DNA of 22,714 bases, taken from assembly GCA_043228905.1 (NCBI GenBank), contig JBHGNT010000498.1, forward strand, positions 1 to 22,714, in the 5' to 3' direction. The stretch is from Azolla caroliniana (Eukaryota; Plantae; Polypodiophyta). The notes under the pieces were generated by a model that was not told the DNA's origin, made no database searches, and was given only the letters and a program-made list of their open reading frames with translations. A program made the translations under genes and the position numbers. Below are positions 20,040 to 22,714 of this stretch, one piece after another (within the stretch, counting starts at the first letter, position 1; each line of letters starts with the position of its first letter).

Positions 20040-22168
20040 ATAAATAGATAGATAGATTGTATTATCGTCTTCACGTGAGACCAAAAATATTACATTTCAC
20101 GTGATACATGTGAAAGTGAGTAGTGACTCTCGATGTTCAAGAACTTTACCAATGAATGTTGCAATCGAGAGTGCACATTGTGGTTTTGAGAGGAATTCAT
20201 GCAAGGATTGGGCTCGGTCGAAGAGATGTGGAAAGCATGGTCGAATATGATCCAAGTCAGAGCATTGTATCAAAGTGTGATACTCAGACTCGCGAACTTG
20301 TTTAAGGCAAAGTGTGCATAGTCGACCACTCTCATCACTTGTGCCCCAACGCCCTATCTCACATCGCAATGCATGTGAGCTAAGTCGCATGGAAGCAATG
20401 GTTCGAATGGCAGATAAGGTAATGGGCTCTAACATTTATCGATGTGTACGATTTCCCCGTTCCGCAAGAAAATGGTTTTTTAGTTAGGTGCAACATGTGT
20501 AGTATAATGTGTGAAGTGTGAGTCTCCACATTTGTCCCATCTCATGATACATTGGCGTTGCAAAAAGGCCTTATTTACAGAGGAATCTAATGATGCATCA
20601 TGAAGCAAGTGTCTCGCATCCCATCTACCAAACCATTTTTCTATATCTTGCATCCAACCAGAACACAAAATTTTGCTTTTATGCATCTTTTGGATCTTTC
20701 TGCTTGCTTCCCATGCAATTCTAGGAAGTTGATGTGAGGGACATTTTTTAACCTTAGGCATGTATTGAACAACCCTTTCCATGGCCATGATCTCAATGGG
20801 AAGCGATCCCGTCTCAAGGAGGAGGAGGCTGTAGGGTGTTTGTTACTTAACTTCGAGAAACTTTGTAAGAAAATGTTTTTGGACATTTTCAAACTCTTTC
20901 CACATAGATTTAGGGATGTTACCACCCCATACTTCCAACCCATAGAGAAGAACAGGTGTCACCAAAGTGTCGGAAAGATATTTCTTGAGGACCCAACACT
21001 TAATATCTCCAAGATTGCATGTGTTCTCAAATGCATTGTATGCTCGCTTACCCGCCTCTAAGCGGTGTGTAGCACATTCATTCCATCTATGATTTGAAGG
21101 AACTTCAAGGCCAACATATTTGAAGCTTTCCACACATTCAAGTGGCTCATTGTTGTACATAATGCATGGTTTATCTCGTTTTTGGCTCTTCACAAGCATA
21201 ATCTTTGTTTTAGAGCTATTGACACTTAATTTAGTATGCATGCAATTTTTTTCCAATGCCTTCATAAGCTTTCCAAAAAGCACTACATCATCTGCATATA
21301 GCAAAAGCATAATCACAACATTCCCAATGGCAACTTCTTCAACACATTCTTCCTTTGCAAACTTGGTAACCATTTTTTCCAGTTCATCAATGCATAGACC
21401 AAATAGTGTTGGTGAGAGTGGGCATCCTTGCTTAACACCAATAGTGCTTTTGAAAAAATCGAAAAGTTTATCTGTTATGCGCACACAACATATAACCGTC
21501 TCATAAATTCGGGAAATTGCAAGCATATATTCACTTGGCACCTCAAGTTCTTCCATTCGCCTCCAAAGATGCTCACGAGGTACCATATCAAAAGCGTTAT
21601 TGAAGTCTAGAAAGCAACAATATAAACCTTTACCTCTAAGATGAATTTCCTCTATTAATACTCGAAGGGTGACAAGGTGATCAATGATGCTATGGTGTTT
21701 TCGAAAGCCAGCTTGTCCAAAAGCTCTCTTACCATATTTTTTGCCTATATACTTATCTTTGATTCCATTATACATCCAAACAGTTTTGCCATTAATGAGC
21801 CAACCATGATAGTTCGATAATTGTTTACATTATTTAAATCTCCACCTTTATGTAAAGGTTTGATCCAATTTGTAGTCCAATCGTACGACATACCATGTTG
21901 CAATGCATCATTAAACATATCATTTATCCATACATGTGCGTCCTTTTCTGTCCATTTGAGCATTTTAGCCTTTATACATTGAAGATCGCTTACTTTTCGA
22001 GAGGCCAATTTCTTAAGTCCTATGCATATATCTTCAATTGTAAAGAAGGGTGACATATGTGAAAGAGAACCATAACACATCATCTTTCCGGCAAGAGATA
22101 ACTCATATAAATTCTTACAATGCATAAACAAGTCATGAAGAGTTAAGTCAACATAACTCTCAACACGT
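20040..22168 (-). mobile_element. RTE/RTEX-type LINE (RT + C-terminal CCHC), frameshifted, 3' end intact with (ATCT)n tail, 5' part interrupted by an LTR
   Basis: RT motifs NNYRTI, QAGFR, FLDFNNAFD.V, GVKQGCPLSPTLF, LLYADD and FKYVG across ORFs 21745.., 20843..21775 and 20480..20788. C-terminus RLSSHALRCEIGRW...CTLC...ESEYHTLIQC (20097..20435). Short 3' UTR, then atctatctatct at about 20046-20057. Confidence 0.9.
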
Positions 22169-22714
22169 TGTCGTGAAGATCCGTCACTACGTGCGGATTG
22201 TGAGGCGGAACCGCCGGGGTTTTGGACTGGAAGGACTCGAAGTTTGCACAAGCTTTAGCGAGAAAGGAATTAAGATAGATTGATAGAGAGAGAGAGAGAT
22301 TGAGATAAGATAAAACGCTTGACTTTAGATTGAGAGAGAGGTTAAGATTGAACTCTTGATTTTAGATTTGAAGAACAAGATTAATACATCATTTGGATAA
22401 CGAATTTTCTTCTTAATATTAATTTTGATATAAAGTACAAAGCTCTTGATAAAAATTTTACATTAGTCCTTTCATCTTTTTCCTCCCCTCTTTTATAGAT
22501 GCCCTCATGCATTTGAGGGTACAAGACATGGATAAAATGCATGTTTGCCATTTGGCGCTCATGTATTACATGTGGTGCATGATAACCATGTCACTAATTT
22601 TAGCTCTCATGTATGAGAATTTACATGTAAAGTTACAATGATAAAAATATAATTCCAAGAAAATGTGTTGTCTTAGTGGGAAGCCTATTGACTCTCAACT
22701 TGGAGGTGCAAGGT
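22169..22714 (-). mobile_element. Third LTR (U5 end at 22169, truncated by the window edge)
   Basis: ACGT|TGTCGTGAAG start. Shares ggaacc(g/a)ccg(g/a)ggttttggact with the LTR at 11521. Minus-strand TATA ctataaaagagggg at about 22486-22499. A-box-like TGTCTTAGTGG at 22669 with ggt at 22712. Confidence 0.8.

Noticed and set aside
19587-20084. Overlapping ORFs of 104-165 aa
   Set aside because: No domain similarity recognised. The region contains a degenerate ~186-bp duplication (about 19678 vs 19864) and looks like 5' UTR/intron sequence.
22169-22251. N-terminal part of ORF 21745..22251
   Set aside because: Read-through from LTR sequence into the LINE frame, not a real start.

Overview
AT-rich, CpG-depleted eukaryotic transposon-dense region, most likely from a non-seed land plant (fern/bryophyte-like; inferred from PLS-type PPR fragments and a tRNA-Trp-primed LTR element with a 4-bp TSD). 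No intact host gene and no prokaryotic features were found. The backbone is a decayed, intron-containing DDD/E DNA transposase gene (Sola-like motifs, + strand, about 8218-15082). It faces a convergent decayed RING-H2 finger gene (- strand, about 16151-18317+). Introns of both genes are filled with AGTACT-rich minisatellites that have higher-order structure. A very young 3.3-kb gag-only LTR retrotransposon (11521-14854, 870-bp LTRs, ACGT TSD) is nested in the transposase. Also present are a solo-type LTR (6894-7892), a third LTR cut by the window edge (22169-22714), an L1-type LINE 3' fragment, an RTE/RTEX-type LINE and scrambled PPR fragments. The most striking pattern is that all three sequence-divergent LTRs begin TGTCGTG on the + strand, sit at (A/C)CGT sites, and carry an antisense tRNA-like A-box/B-box cassette with the same 43-nt spacing in U3. 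All calls were made by eye, without database searches.
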